A DNA stretch of 64,000 nt from Cyanophora paradoxa CCMP329 (Eukaryota > Plantae > Glaucophyta), in NCBI GenBank assembly GCA_004431415.1, contig QPMI01000066.1, forward strand, positions 1 through 64,000. The letters run 5' to 3'. The position numbers and the translations under genes are program-made. The notes under the pieces are model-generated. The model worked only from the letters and a program-made list of their open reading frames with translations, ran no database searches and was not told the DNA's origin. Position 1 is the stretch's first letter. Every line of letters starts with the position of its first letter. Positions 35,301 through 46,582 of the stretch are shown here, piece after piece.

Positions 35301-37773
35301 AGCCCGCCGCCCGCGCCGCCGCCCGCGCTGCCGCCTACCATCGAGCTCCAGACCCCCGAGCAGGCGAACTGCGGAAGACGCCCCTTCCCAACCGCTTACC
35401 CCGCTGAAATCTTCGTGTTCCCGTACCCAGGCGGAGGCCGCGGTAGCGATGTCCGTGGCAGCGGAGTCCGCAATCAAGCGTCGCGAGCAGAGCAAGGTCC
35501 GGGAGTACCCCCCTGCGTCGAAGCCGCGGCCGACGCCGCCGCGAGCAGGTCGCGGAGCTTTCGACGCTGCTGTACCCCGCGCCGGTGCTCTCGCACTCCG
35601 CGTCCGACGGCAAGCTCTACGTGAGCAAGGTTCGAATCCCGCCGCCGGCCCTTTCGAACTCGATCCCGGGGTGACGTGCCGCCCGGTCCAGATCGGGCGC
35701 GCCAAGACGAACCCGTTCCACCGCGGACGGGAATCGGATCCGCAGAGTGCGGCCGACGGGGGCGGGCAGCCGCGGCGCCGGCGCGCCTCGGCCGTACGCG
35801 CCTCCCTCTTCTTCTCGCAGACTGGGGGCGCGCCCCCGCCTCTTCCCCCGCCCCCCCTGGCCCCCGCCGCCCCTTCAGGCGACCGGTCGCCTTCCCCCGA
35901 CCCCTTCCCCGCCGTCCGCGGCGCCGCCTCCGCCCCGGCCGCAATCGCCGGCCGCTCGCGACGCCCGTACCGCGGCTCTCTTCCCGCCATCCCTTCCCAG
36001 ACCGCCGTCTCTTCCGCCGCCGGCCCCTCCGAGCCCGTCGTGATCGAGGCGGCCAAGGCCGTGGCCCAAGCGGGGTACGCCCAGCTCGTCGGCCTCGAGA
36101 TCGTCGAGTCCAACCCGTGCGCCGTACCCCCCTTACCACGTGCTCCGCACCCCGTTCGGTGAACTCATGTACCCCCCTCAGGTTCCTTACCAAGCGGAGC
36201 GCTTCGGCGTCGCCGACGATGGACAAGCCGCCCCGGCGCCCCCCCGGGCCCCTCTTCTCCAGGGGTACCCCCGCCGCGCCCTCCCCCAGCGGCTCGCCCC
36301 CCGCCCTCGTGCCCTCCGCCTCGGCGCCCTCCACGGGGCTCGCCGCCAAGCCGCCCCGCCCGCCCCGCCCCGGCCACCTCCGCTCGATCTCGGCCGACGC
36401 GCTGCACCCCAACCTGGCGCCCGTCCTGCCCGCCACTGCCCTGGGCTTCGCGCCGGCCTCCCCGGCCGCCCAGATCGACTTCGGCGAAACCGTCCAGTCG
36501 ATCGCGAACGCAGGCTCCGCAGGCTCCGAGGAGGAGCCGCTGCAGATCCGCTCCAAGACCGTGGAGGTCCAGGACGAGATTCGAACCCGCGTCGAGGCCG
36601 AGGCGGCGCGCGCGGCGGAGGCCGCCCGCCGCGCCGCTGCCGCCGCCGCCGTCCGCCGGATGACGGGGGAAGAACCCAGCGGGTCCGCCCCGACAGATTA
36701 CCGGTACCCCCTTCCCCGCCGCCCCCTCCCAATGTGGATCCACCCGGAATCGACCCCGCGCGCCGTAGGCACAGCAAGGGCGTCTCGAGGCAGATCGCGC
36801 GGCCGTTGCCGCAGAAGCGGCCGCCCCGCGTACCCTCCCGCCAGCGCAACCCCGCCGAGACGTCGGAACCGTACCCCTCCCAGGAGTGGCCGCCCGCTCA
36901 GCAGCCTAATACCCCCCCGGAGCCCCTCCCCCCGGCCGACGACAGCGCCAACTTCCCCCCGCCCCCTGCGGACGTACCCCCGTACAGCCCGCCCCAGTCC
37001 CGCGCCTCCTCCCGGCCCCGCCCCTCCGATTCTGCCACGGAGCCTGCGCTCCCTCCGCGGCCGGCTTCCCGAGCCGGTACCCCGGGCAGCCCGCAGCGCC
37101 GCCCGGCCTCCCGACCCGCGGCCACGGCCGGGGCCGCCGGGCCCACCAGCCCCCACCGCTCCCGTCCGGCCTCGCGGGCGGCCGCGGCGGCCGAGGAAGC
37201 CCCTCCGGGCAGCCCTGCGCGATCCCGGCCGGCCTCGCGGGCGGCCGGGGCGGCGGCGGGGAGGCCCCGCCTGGCAGCCCGCATCGCGCCCGGCCCGGGT
37301 CGCGTGGCGCGACTGCCGTTCGCGATGGCGCGCCCGCCAGCCCGCACCGCTCCCGCCCGCCGTCACGTGCGGCCGCGGCGGCGGCTGCGGACGGCGCGCC
37401 CGCCAGCCCCCACCGATCGCGGCCCGGTTCCCGCGCTGCCGGCCCCTCCAGTCCGCCCCGGGCCCGGCCGGGCTCCCGCGACGCCAACTCGGCCGGGGTA
37501 CCGGTGCACGCCGGCGAGCCTGCTTTCGCACCCGTGACGTCGACCCCCGCGGCCGGCCCGCCCGAACTGGACAGCCCGCGCTCCTCGGTCCACTCCTACC
37601 AATCCTCCCCGCACGGCCGGGAGGCCTCGCCCCCGCGAGACCGGCGGCGGCCGGCGCCGAGCCGGCCCCCGCTGCACATACCGGACTCCCCGGGGAGCAA
37701 GCCGCCCTCCGCATGGACCCTCCGCGGCGACAGCAACCCCGACCCGGTGACGGGCGGTCTCAGCGGACTCTAG
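32312..37773 (+). CDS. Uncharacterised protein: N-terminal coiled coil, two PPC-like beta-sandwich modules, long disordered S/P/R-rich tail; multi-exon
   Basis: Exons YKNFIFDV/VTVELRVLDGDADLYCS..P/EFAS..GDDIITV/GPLFISVYG..F, and a second module YNYYKF..FYIGI..YNL. His-rich tract at about 35078-35106. SPxR repeats at 37090-37460. This could be two genes, and it has one apparent 1-nt frameshift near 37260. Confidence 0.6.
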
Positions 37774-37982
37774 TCGAGTCGAGCACTTCGTAGTTCACAC
37801 TGCATATTGAAAGAAAGGAACAACAAGAAAGGAGCAAAGGAAGAGAAAAGAGAGAAGGCTGCGGGTGCGTTCGCGCTTGATGAAGGAGAGGAGAGAGAGA
37901 TAGAGAGGAGGCGATAGAGAGGATAGAAAGAGAGGTTGCGAGGGCGCGCGGGAGCGCGGGGACGAGGGAGATCGACCGCCGA

Positions 37983-38642
37983 CTATGACATGTGCTTCAT
38001 CACCCACTCCAGGCCATCCTGCAGGCCCTCCCCGCTCTTGGCCGAGCAAGCCTGGATCTGCCATTGCCGGTCGCGGATCTGATCCAGCTGCAGCTCGTGG
38101 GAGATCTCGTCCGCGGACATCGCGTTGAGAAGGTCCTGCTTGTTGGCGAAGATGAGCAGCGGCACGCCCGCAAGCTTGTCCTCCTCGAGAAGCTGGTTAA
38201 GCTCCACGCCGGTCTCCTCGATGCGCCTCCGGTCCGCACTGTCAATCACGTAGATGAGAACGTCGGTGCGCTCGAAATAGTTGCGCCTGCCCAGAGCGTC
38301 AGCGCGCGCCGCTGTCGAGCGGGCGGGCCCCAGACGCACCAGTAGGGCCGGATGGTCTTCTGGCCGCCGATGTCCCACATGTTCAGCTTGAAGCCGTCCT
38401 GCTGCACGGACTTGACGTTGAATCCCTGCGTCGGCATGATGTGCGAGATGTCCTCGCTGCTGAGCTTCTTCAGGATGGTGGTCTTGCCTGCGGCGCCGAC
38501 ATGAGCGACCGGCGCGGCGAAGCTAAGGGCCAGCCCCGTGCCGGAAGCGAGCTAGCGCACCCGCATTGTCGAGGCCGAGCACGAGGATACGGCCCTCCTT
38601 CTCGTTCTTCTTGAGCGTCTTCAGGAGGCTCAGCAGGCCCAT
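37983..38642 (-). CDS. ARL3: ADP-ribosylation factor-like GTPase 3 (3 coding exons)
   Basis: [102 protein letters not shown]. Residues EDISHI.PTQGFN, DRRR.EETG and QDG.EW are ARL3-type. Confidence 0.95.
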
Positions 38643-38822
38643 GGCGCAGCGCTGCGACAACGTGAGCGAGCGCTTCCACGACAAGAAGAACCCAGCTCGG
38701 CGCTGGCGGACCTGTGGTGTTTCGTTGCAGGTTCGAATTCGGGTACCCGTCGGCGAGTCTCGTTCTGTGGGCAGACGCCCTTGCGCCTTCGTTCGTTCGC
38801 CAAGATGGGTCCCGGAGGCGGG

Positions 38823-40788
38823 ATGAGCCAGATGATGGTGCGCACCTCCAGCCTGCGCTAGACCGCGCCTTCGTTCCCTTCCGGCCCGCGGCGCGGATGC
38901 CGGGGCGGAAACGAGCGTGTAGCGCGCTCTCCTAGTCACGAATGATGCCCCCCGCTGCCCCTTCCGACCGCGCGGGCGCATCTCTCATTGCTGACGCCGA
39001 CTTCAGATCGTCATGCCAGCCATGTTCCTGATGAATAAGATAGGTGCGTTTTGCGATGACATCTAGCCAAGCTTATTCTTTCTACATTACGGATGCGCCC
39101 CCGCGTGCCGCGGATCCCAAGTCCGCGCGAGCGCGGGAAATCCTGACCTGCCTGTTTGACGCGCCTTCGCCGCAGACTTCAAGGACGAGACAAACCTTAT
39201 GTTTCTGCGGATCGGTTTCGGCATGATGCAGGCCGCCGTTCTGCTTCTGTCCGGCCTCGTGTACCTCAAGATCCGGGCGAAGAAGGACCAGACGGAGGTG
39301 CGGGCCGCGAGCGCGCGCCTGTAAGCGCTCGCTCAAGCTAGAGCAGATCAAGGTGACGCCAGAGCCGAAGATGGGCCAGCCGCCCCCGAAGGAGAAGGTC
39401 CGCATGACCATCGAGGAATACGACTTGAGCCAGCTCAAGAAATCCCTGACCGGCACCGTCATGAACACCGTCGTGTAAGCTTTTTTGGCATGTGTTACTC
39501 TATTCGAAACCGATACGAGCTCGTCTGCAGTGTGAGCTTCATCCACACTGTGCGTTGGTCTTACGATGGGCATTTGTCGTTGGCTTAGCCGCATCCGCCC
39601 TGCAGAAGTGGAACATCGTCCCGCCGCTCTTCCTGCAGATCGTCCTTGCGCCTTTCACGTGCGCCGCGCAACTCCTCGAACGTCCTTCCCGCCGTCACAG
39701 GCTGACATGCCGGCCCGCAGCGCCTACCAGAACCCGCTGATAAAGGCGCACGTGCTCGGGCAGGACGTGCCCCGTCCGTTCCCGGCGGAGAAGCCCGCGG
39801 TGCGCTCGATCCGTGACCGATCGTTAGGCCGGGCTAACAGGGCCGAGGGTGCTAGATGGAGAAGTTCAAGGGCATGTTTAAGGACCTTAAGCGCGCGGCA
39901 AAGAGCGCGACGGGCGACGGCGGGGACCGTCCGCGACGCGGCGGTGGCGGCGGCGCCGCGGGCGCCCGTATGCGGCGTAAGATGCAATAGGCCGATGTGC
40001 GGGGCACGCGCGATAACGCATCGCTCGGCGTTGCTGACCACAGTGCCGCGCAGGGCCTGGCGGCACTGTTCCAGCCGCCGCAGGAGGAGGAGAGGCCGAA
40101 GAAGGACGAGAGCGAGGAAGAGGAGGAGGAGGAGGTGCCGGTCAAGGCCCTCCCTGCGAAGCAGCAGGCCAAGCAGAGGAAGCAGGCGCAGCAGCAGCAG
40201 CAGCAGCAGCCGCCGCAGCAGGCTCCCATTTTCACAGGGTCGGGCCTCCGGCAGAAACAAAGGTTAACGATTGAGGAGCTGCCGGACGAGCCGGAGGCGG
40301 AGGAGCTCGCCGAGGACGCCAGCGGCGTGCACGTCGAGAAGGAGGAGAAGGCGGCGCCCAAGAAGGAGGAGGCGCCGAAGGAGAAGCAGCCCGCCAAGGC
40401 GCCGGCGCCGGCGCCGGCGCCGGAGAAGCCGGCCGCGGCGAAGGAAAAGAAGGAGAAGGCGGCAGCGCCGGCGGCGGCGACGGCGGCGACGGCCACGGAG
40501 AAGCCGGCCGCGGAGAAGCCGGCCGCGGAGAAGCCGGCCGCGGCGAAGGAGAAGAAGGAGAAGGCGGCGGCCAAGCCCGCCGAGCCAGCGGCCGCGGAGG
40601 CGAAGCCGGCAGCTACAGCGGCGAAGCCGGCGCCCGCCCCGGCGCCGGCCGCCAAGCCGGCGCCCGCCCCCGTGGCAGAGGCGCCCGCGCCCGTCGAGGA
40701 GGCTGCCGCCCCGGCCGCGGTTGCGGAGGCGCCGGCGGCCGAGGCGAAGGTACCCGTCCGCCAGCGGAGGCCCCGCAAGGCCGAGTAG
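38823..40788 (+). CDS. PHO88: PHO88/SND3-family ER membrane protein with a long A/P/E/K-rich tail
   Basis: DFKDETNLMFLRIGF..VYLKIRAKKDQT; MTIEEYDLSQLKK; PPLFLQ; NPLIKAHVLGQDVPRPF match the Pho88 family pattern. Start MSQMM at 38823 is inferred. Confidence 0.75.
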
Positions 40789-41227
40789 GCGACACGGCAG
40801 CCACAGGAAACCTTTAGCCAACCAGTTGCAGCGTAGGCCTTTTTCAGCGCTCCCATTTATGCCGTATGCGAATGCGGTGATCGATACCCGGGTTGCTTTG
40901 AGCGATCGCTGCTGAGGGGTGCGCTGCGCTTGCGTGTGGGGACGGCGAGATGCAGGCGAGGCCGCCACGTGCATGGCAGGGACCGCGCGCGCACATCTGC
41001 AGCTGGAGGCCGCGCATCGAATTTGATCGCTGCGGCGAAAGCGGTCGTACCCGCCAGTGTTGACCCGCCGGACCCGGTCAAACCGGCATCCACGCTGCAG
41101 CACCGTGCGCCCTCGCCTAGCTGCACTTCGAAAAGCGCTCTCCATAACGATTCCATACCGCAGGCTCGCAGCTACCTGTTCTTGTCTGACTTGGCCGCTT
41201 GGGCCGCGCAAGAACCTAGCAGCGACG

Positions 41228-43083
41228 ATGGCGGACGAAGAGGTGTACTACGATGCAATTGGTGAGGTTGAGCCGCGCAAACCGCTTGCGCAGCTCCGGC
41301 TAGCGGCGTTCGGTGGCCGGTCGCAAACGTCTCATTGGTCGTGCGCCCGCAGTCCAATTCCTCCGGTCGCCTCGGTGGTCTGTGCCTATCATGCAGTACG
41401 CTCCTAACCGCCCCTTGTCCGTGCGCTCGGTTGTGACTACGTGGTGGTGCAGGTTCATCGACGACCACTGTGTCGTCTTCGACATGGACGACGAGTGAGT
41501 ATCTGCTCAGCATTTCAAATTCCAGCGCTCTCCTGAAACGCGGACGCGCCTGCAGGAACAAGCTGGTCTACACGGAAATCCACAAGAACTTCATTGAGCT
41601 CGTCGACAGCCTGCTGGAGAACTACCTGTACGAGCTCGGAATCAAGTGCGCGCGCCAGTTCGTCTGGCCGGCGCGCCGGCTCACGCCCTCTTCCTGCAGC
41701 GCCGAGCAGTTCGTTGAGGTCGTCGTGAAGAGCAAGAGCAAGGAGATCAGCGGCCTGGTGTTCAACCAAATCCTTTCCGTCGAGGACTTCATCAGCTTCA
41801 AGAAGATGATGGCAAAGCGCAACATGGAGCTGGAGCTGGAGGTCCTGCGGCAGCTGAAGGGCGCCGGGCCGGCGGACGCGGCGCAGGGCGAGCCGGCGGA
41901 CGACGACGAGCGGCAGCTGCGTGAGGCGCTGCGGCTCAGCAAGGAGACGTTCGCGCAGGAGATGCAGGGCCAGATGCTCGCGCGCGACAAGAAGTTCCAG
42001 GCCCTCACCGACACCGACGCGCGCCCCTTTCCCGTCCTTGCACCGCCGCTGCGCCCGCCTGACACGCGCGCGCAGATGGGCCACGCGCTGAGCATTTCGG
42101 AGGCGGAGCTGGAGGAGCTCCGGATCCTGGCCGAGCAGGCCGAGCTCGCCCACGCGCTCGCCATCTCCGCCTCTCTCGAGGTGCCCCCGCCGCCCTCCCG
42201 CCGCCCCGCGCCCGCCGCCCGCCGACTTCCTTGCCGCAGGAGGAGCGCCAGCGCCTTCTCCGCGAGGAGGAGGAGGAGCACGCCCTCCTGCAGGCGCGGC
42301 CCCCGCCCGCGGTCCGCTTGCCCCTCTGAGCCGTGCCGAGCAGAAGGCCCGTGAGATGTCTCTGAAGGGCCACGGCGCCGGCCCGAGCGGCAGCGCCGCA
42401 CCGGCGGCGGCTCCCGCCGCCGCGGCCCCGAAGCAGCCGGCGCCCGCGCCCGCCGCAGGTTCGCCTTTTCCGTCCCTTTTTCTTTTCTTCTTCGGCCTCC
42501 CCTGACCGCGGCCCCAGCGCCGGCGGCCCCGGCTCCAGCGCCCGCCCCGGCGGCGGCGCCCTTCATGCCGAAGCCGGAGGCCGCGCCGGTGCGGCCTCCC
42601 GCGGCGGCGCCGGCGGCGGGCCCCTCGGGGGCGGCGGCCGCGGCCCCGGCGGAGGCCGGCCCGTCGAAGGAGCTGCTGGCGAACGCGGAGGAGCAGAAGC
42701 GAGCGGACCTCGAGCGGTTGATGATGATCAAGCGGCAGCAGGAGCTGGCCAAGAAGCAGCAGGAGATCGAGGAGGCGAAGAAGAAGGAGGGGCAGGTGGA
42801 CGAGGTCGACATGCGGAGGCGCGAGGAGTACCTGCGCAAGCTGCGCGACCAGCTCAAGGAGAAGAAAAAGGCGGAGCGCGAGCAGGCCCTCAAGCAGTAC
42901 AACGACAGCGCCCCGGCGCCCCCGCCACCGCCACCGGCAGCGGCCGCCCCGCCGGCCGCCAAGGCCGGCTCCTCGGCGGACGCGGAGGAGGAGGCGAAGA
43001 AGCTCGCGATGCGGCAGGCGCTCATCCGCCGCTTCAAGCAGGACGTCCTCGAGCAGGAGGTCACCCGCCGCGGCGCCCACTGA
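41228..43083 (+). CDS. CFAP36: Cilia- and flagella-associated protein 36 (CCDC104/BARTL1), BART domain plus coiled-coil tail
   Basis: FLRSPRWSVPIMQFIDDHCVVFD..ENKLVYTEIHKNF..LLENYL.ELGI..EQF..QILSVEDFISFKKMMAKRNMELELE; tail RREEYLRKLRDQL..RRFKQDV. Confidence 0.88.
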
Positions 43084-43234
43084 GCCCGGGCCGCCCTCTC
43101 CCTCCCTCCCGTTCGTTTATCTATTATTCCGGCTCGCTCGAACACCGGAAAAGCCCCGTTTCTTTCTTCCAAGTGCTTTGCATTGGGCTGCGCATGCACA
43201 AGGGGAACGGGCGGGGGCGTAGTTGGGGTCGGCG

Positions 43235-46223
43235 CTATTGGAAGAGGAGGGCGGGATCGAAATCAAAGTCGGCGAGGGCGAGGGCCGGGCTGAAGTCCCG
43301 CGGGGGTACGCCGGAGTTGCGGGCCGGGGTACCGAGTGCCTCCTCGGCGTCGTCGTCGCCGAGCGAGAGGAACGGGCGCTCGTGCAGCGACTCCTTGCAC
43401 GCGAGCGTCGCCGCGAGCTCCTTGGCGAACTGGCCGGCCGGCGGGTCAGATGGGCGGGAGGGGGGAGGAAGCGGAAGGGAGGGGGGTACCTCCTCGCAGA
43501 CGACGACGCCCTCGACGACGCGGCGGCGCGCGTCGTCGGCGCCGGGCGCGGAGAGCTCCTCCACGGCTGCGCTCACGGGCGAGGCGCGCCCCGAGGGGCC
43601 CCGCCGCGTGGCCGCCGCCGCCGCCCGCGCGTCCGCCGGCTCGTGCTCGTCCACCTGGGCGGGGGGGGTACGGGATGAGAAATCGAACAATAAGAAAGGA
43701 GGGGGTACTGCGCGAACGTTGAGGAGGCGGCGGGCGGCGCGGACGAAGCGGTCGAAGTCGGCGATCTTGTTCCCGCGCGAGCGACCCTCCTCGCAGACCT
43801 TGTACCCCCCACTCCGGGTCAGAGGCCGGCCGGGCACGGACCTGGGTACGCGCGCGCGGACCTGGGCGAGGACGCGGGCGAGGGTACGGGCCTCGCCGCC
43901 GGGGAAGGAGTGGCCGAGGGGGGCGAAGAGAAAGGCCTGGGCGAGGGGGTGCGGGCAGGCGGAGAGGCGGGCGAGGGCGGAGGTGAGGAGGAGGTTGACG
44001 GGGAGGCTGTTGTCAAGGGCCCGCTCCAGGCGGGAGAGGAGGGCGGAGACGAGGGGGCCCGGGCTCAGCGGCGGCAGGCTCTCCTCGGCCGCCGCCTCCT
44101 CCGCCGCCCCCGACGGCTCCTCGGGCTCGTCCCGCCAGTGGGCGAAGGACTGCAGCGCAATGGCCGCCGCCCGGTGCGCGTCGACCATGTACGAGCGGTA
44201 CCCCTCCTCCAGGTCCCCGCTCGCCGTGATACCCCCCTCGAACTGGGCCAGGAAGCTGCGGGCGGGGAGCCGGCGGTCGTCGTCAGGCCGGCGCCGAGGG
44301 CGGGGGTACGGAGTTAAGGGGGCGCACGCGCTGACTCGGGCGCGGAGCCACGCGGGGATGTCGTCCTGTGGGGGGCCGGCGAGTCCTGGGGTGGCGGGGG
44401 TGGCGGAGAGGGGGAGGACGGGGCCGGGGGAGGGCGGCACGGGGCCGGAGGACGGGGCGGGGGTCGATGGCGCCTCGGCGTGCGCCTCGGCCTCGGGGGG
44501 AGGGGGCGGGAGGGAGGCGAGGAGCGGGGCGCGGTGCGTGCGGAGGTGGCGGAGGAGGAGCGGCTCCAGGACGGCCTGGGAGTGGAGGGCGAGAAGGGCG
44601 TCGAAGAGCTTCAGCGTGGCGACGCTCAGCTCCTCTGAGACCGAGTCCACGCGGGAGACGAGGGCGGGGAAGACGGGGCCGGCCTCGTCCAGGAGGAAGG
44701 AGACGAGGCAGGCCTGGAGGGGCGGGCACGAGAGGGCGGAGAGGAGCGCGCGGGCGTAGTCGGTGGCAGCCACGGCGGCCGCCTCGCTGGTCTGCAGGAG
44801 CGCCGGCTGGACGTCCTTGGTGAGGAATCCCTCCTTCAGCTTCTCGCAGAGCTGGTGGACCACCTCCTACAAATAGCTCAGAAGAAGAAGAAGAAAAAGG
44901 AGGGGGAGGGGAGGGAGAGAGGGAGGGCGGGGCGCACGGGCGGGGCGGCGCGGCCGACGTTGTTGCAGAAGCGGAGGCGGTCCGTGAAGACGCGGAAGGA
45001 CTGCTCGTCCAGCGGCGTGGGCGCCTCTGCGGAGCGTGGGAGCGTCTCGTGCGCCTCGGCCACCCACGAGATCTGCCCCGCGGTCTAAGGAGAGGAAAGG
45101 ACGGAACGAGGGAAGGATTCCGCACGATGTCAGAGCAGAAATGCGTGCCGCGGACGACGAAGCGGGCGAGGAGCGGCTCATCGATGTGGAGGAGGGAGAT
45201 GAGGCCCGCGCGGCACTTCTCGCCGTACGCGTCCGTCATGCGCATGTACCGCAGCAGCGCCGCGAACGTCAGGTACTGCGGGTCGCCCTGCGCGCGCCCC
45301 GCCGCCGGCGGCGGTCGGTCAGGTCGGGAGCGACGGCAGCGGGCCGGCGCGAGCGGCCGGGGCGCACTCCCTTGACGCCGTCTTCGACGAGGAAGAAGTT
45401 GAGGAGGAAAGGATTCTGCTGCATCTTCCCGCACAGGACGCACAGAAGCTGCGGCGCGCGGGATTCGCTTCTCGGGGAGCGCGGGATGGGACGGAGAAGG
45501 AAGGAAAACAAACCTCGATCATCTCCATGTGCGCTTCGCCCTTGCCCTGCAGGTAGTACTTGCGCACGAGCTCGCAGACGGGGACGTGCACGGCCAGCAT
45601 GGGCAGGAGGGGCTGCTTGATCTTCTTCAGGAGCACTGCGGGCAGCCGGGGCCTCAGGGGCGCGGGGCAGGGTCCCGAAGCGCAGCATCGGACCCGTCAT
45701 GAAGCGGATGACGACCGCCTGCATCCCGGGCGGCCGCTGCGGCGAGGGGTCAAGCCTCCAGCAGATGAAGCGAGCGCACGGCGGCCGGGAACGGCGGCCC
45801 GGCGCAGTCGGCGCACGTTCACGATTGCCAAGGCAGCGAGCTGGTCGAGGATCTTCTGCGAGAGCAGGTACTCGACGCAGGGGCCCGTGTCCGACATACG
45901 GCCCGCGTCCTCCCGGCGCAGCAGTTCGTGCATCTCAGACAGGCTGCGTTCGATGCCTGAAGCCTCGAGCAGCGCGGGATTCGCTGCAGCGGCGTTGGCC
46001 TCATCGGGCGCGAGCCGAAGAGCGAGCGGGCGCGCGTACCGAGCGGGTCTTCCGTCGGGGACGAGACTTCCACTGAAGAGTAGAATGAGCGGATCTCCTC
46101 CCAGCGCTGAGCGAACACGTCGACATCTCTGCGGTCGGGCTGCTTGACTGTCAGCAGCGTCGCGGCATGGGCCACGAGCTGCGACGCCCCTCCCGATGCC
46201 CGCGCTAGCAGGCGCTCCCACAT
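43235..46223 (-). CDS. FHIP/FAM160 (RAI16-like, FTS-Hook interacting) family protein, multi-exon
   Basis: GPCVEYLLSQKILDQL; PPGMQAVVIRF; QPLLP..VHVPV; PFLLNFF; LDNSLPVNLLLTSALARL..PHP; VVVCEE/FAKELAA. Stop at 43235. Confidence 0.85.
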
Positions 46224-46582
46224 CGCGTGCGGGAGCTGCAAGGAACGGGGCCTTTGGATGAGAAGAGGCGTGTACCCCCAGTCTGCGAGTGTGTCGCGGC
46301 CCTGTCGCCTGCGGAGCCAGCCGGAGCCAGCCGACGCACCTAGCGCGACCAGCGGCGCGTGCCGGAATCGCACGGAGCTCGCGGGCGTACGACCGCGAAA
46401 GTTCAGTTACTGGCGGGTGCGCTCAGGCCCAGGCGTGCGGCGGATATTAGCGCTCGGAGTGTCTGAACCCCGTACAGGTCGTGGACGCGCCGCTCTTGTG
46501 CACGAAGGCGCCAGCCTTCTAATCAAGCGGAGTGTAACCGCCGCCTGGGCCAGCCGCCTCGGCTGCGCGTCAGTACGACAAA

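Noticed and set aside
34322-37793. Long overlapping P/R/G/A-rich ORFs in the supplied track (here and throughout)
   Set aside because: These are shadow frames expected in stop-poor, high-GC DNA. They cross evident introns and lack motifs.
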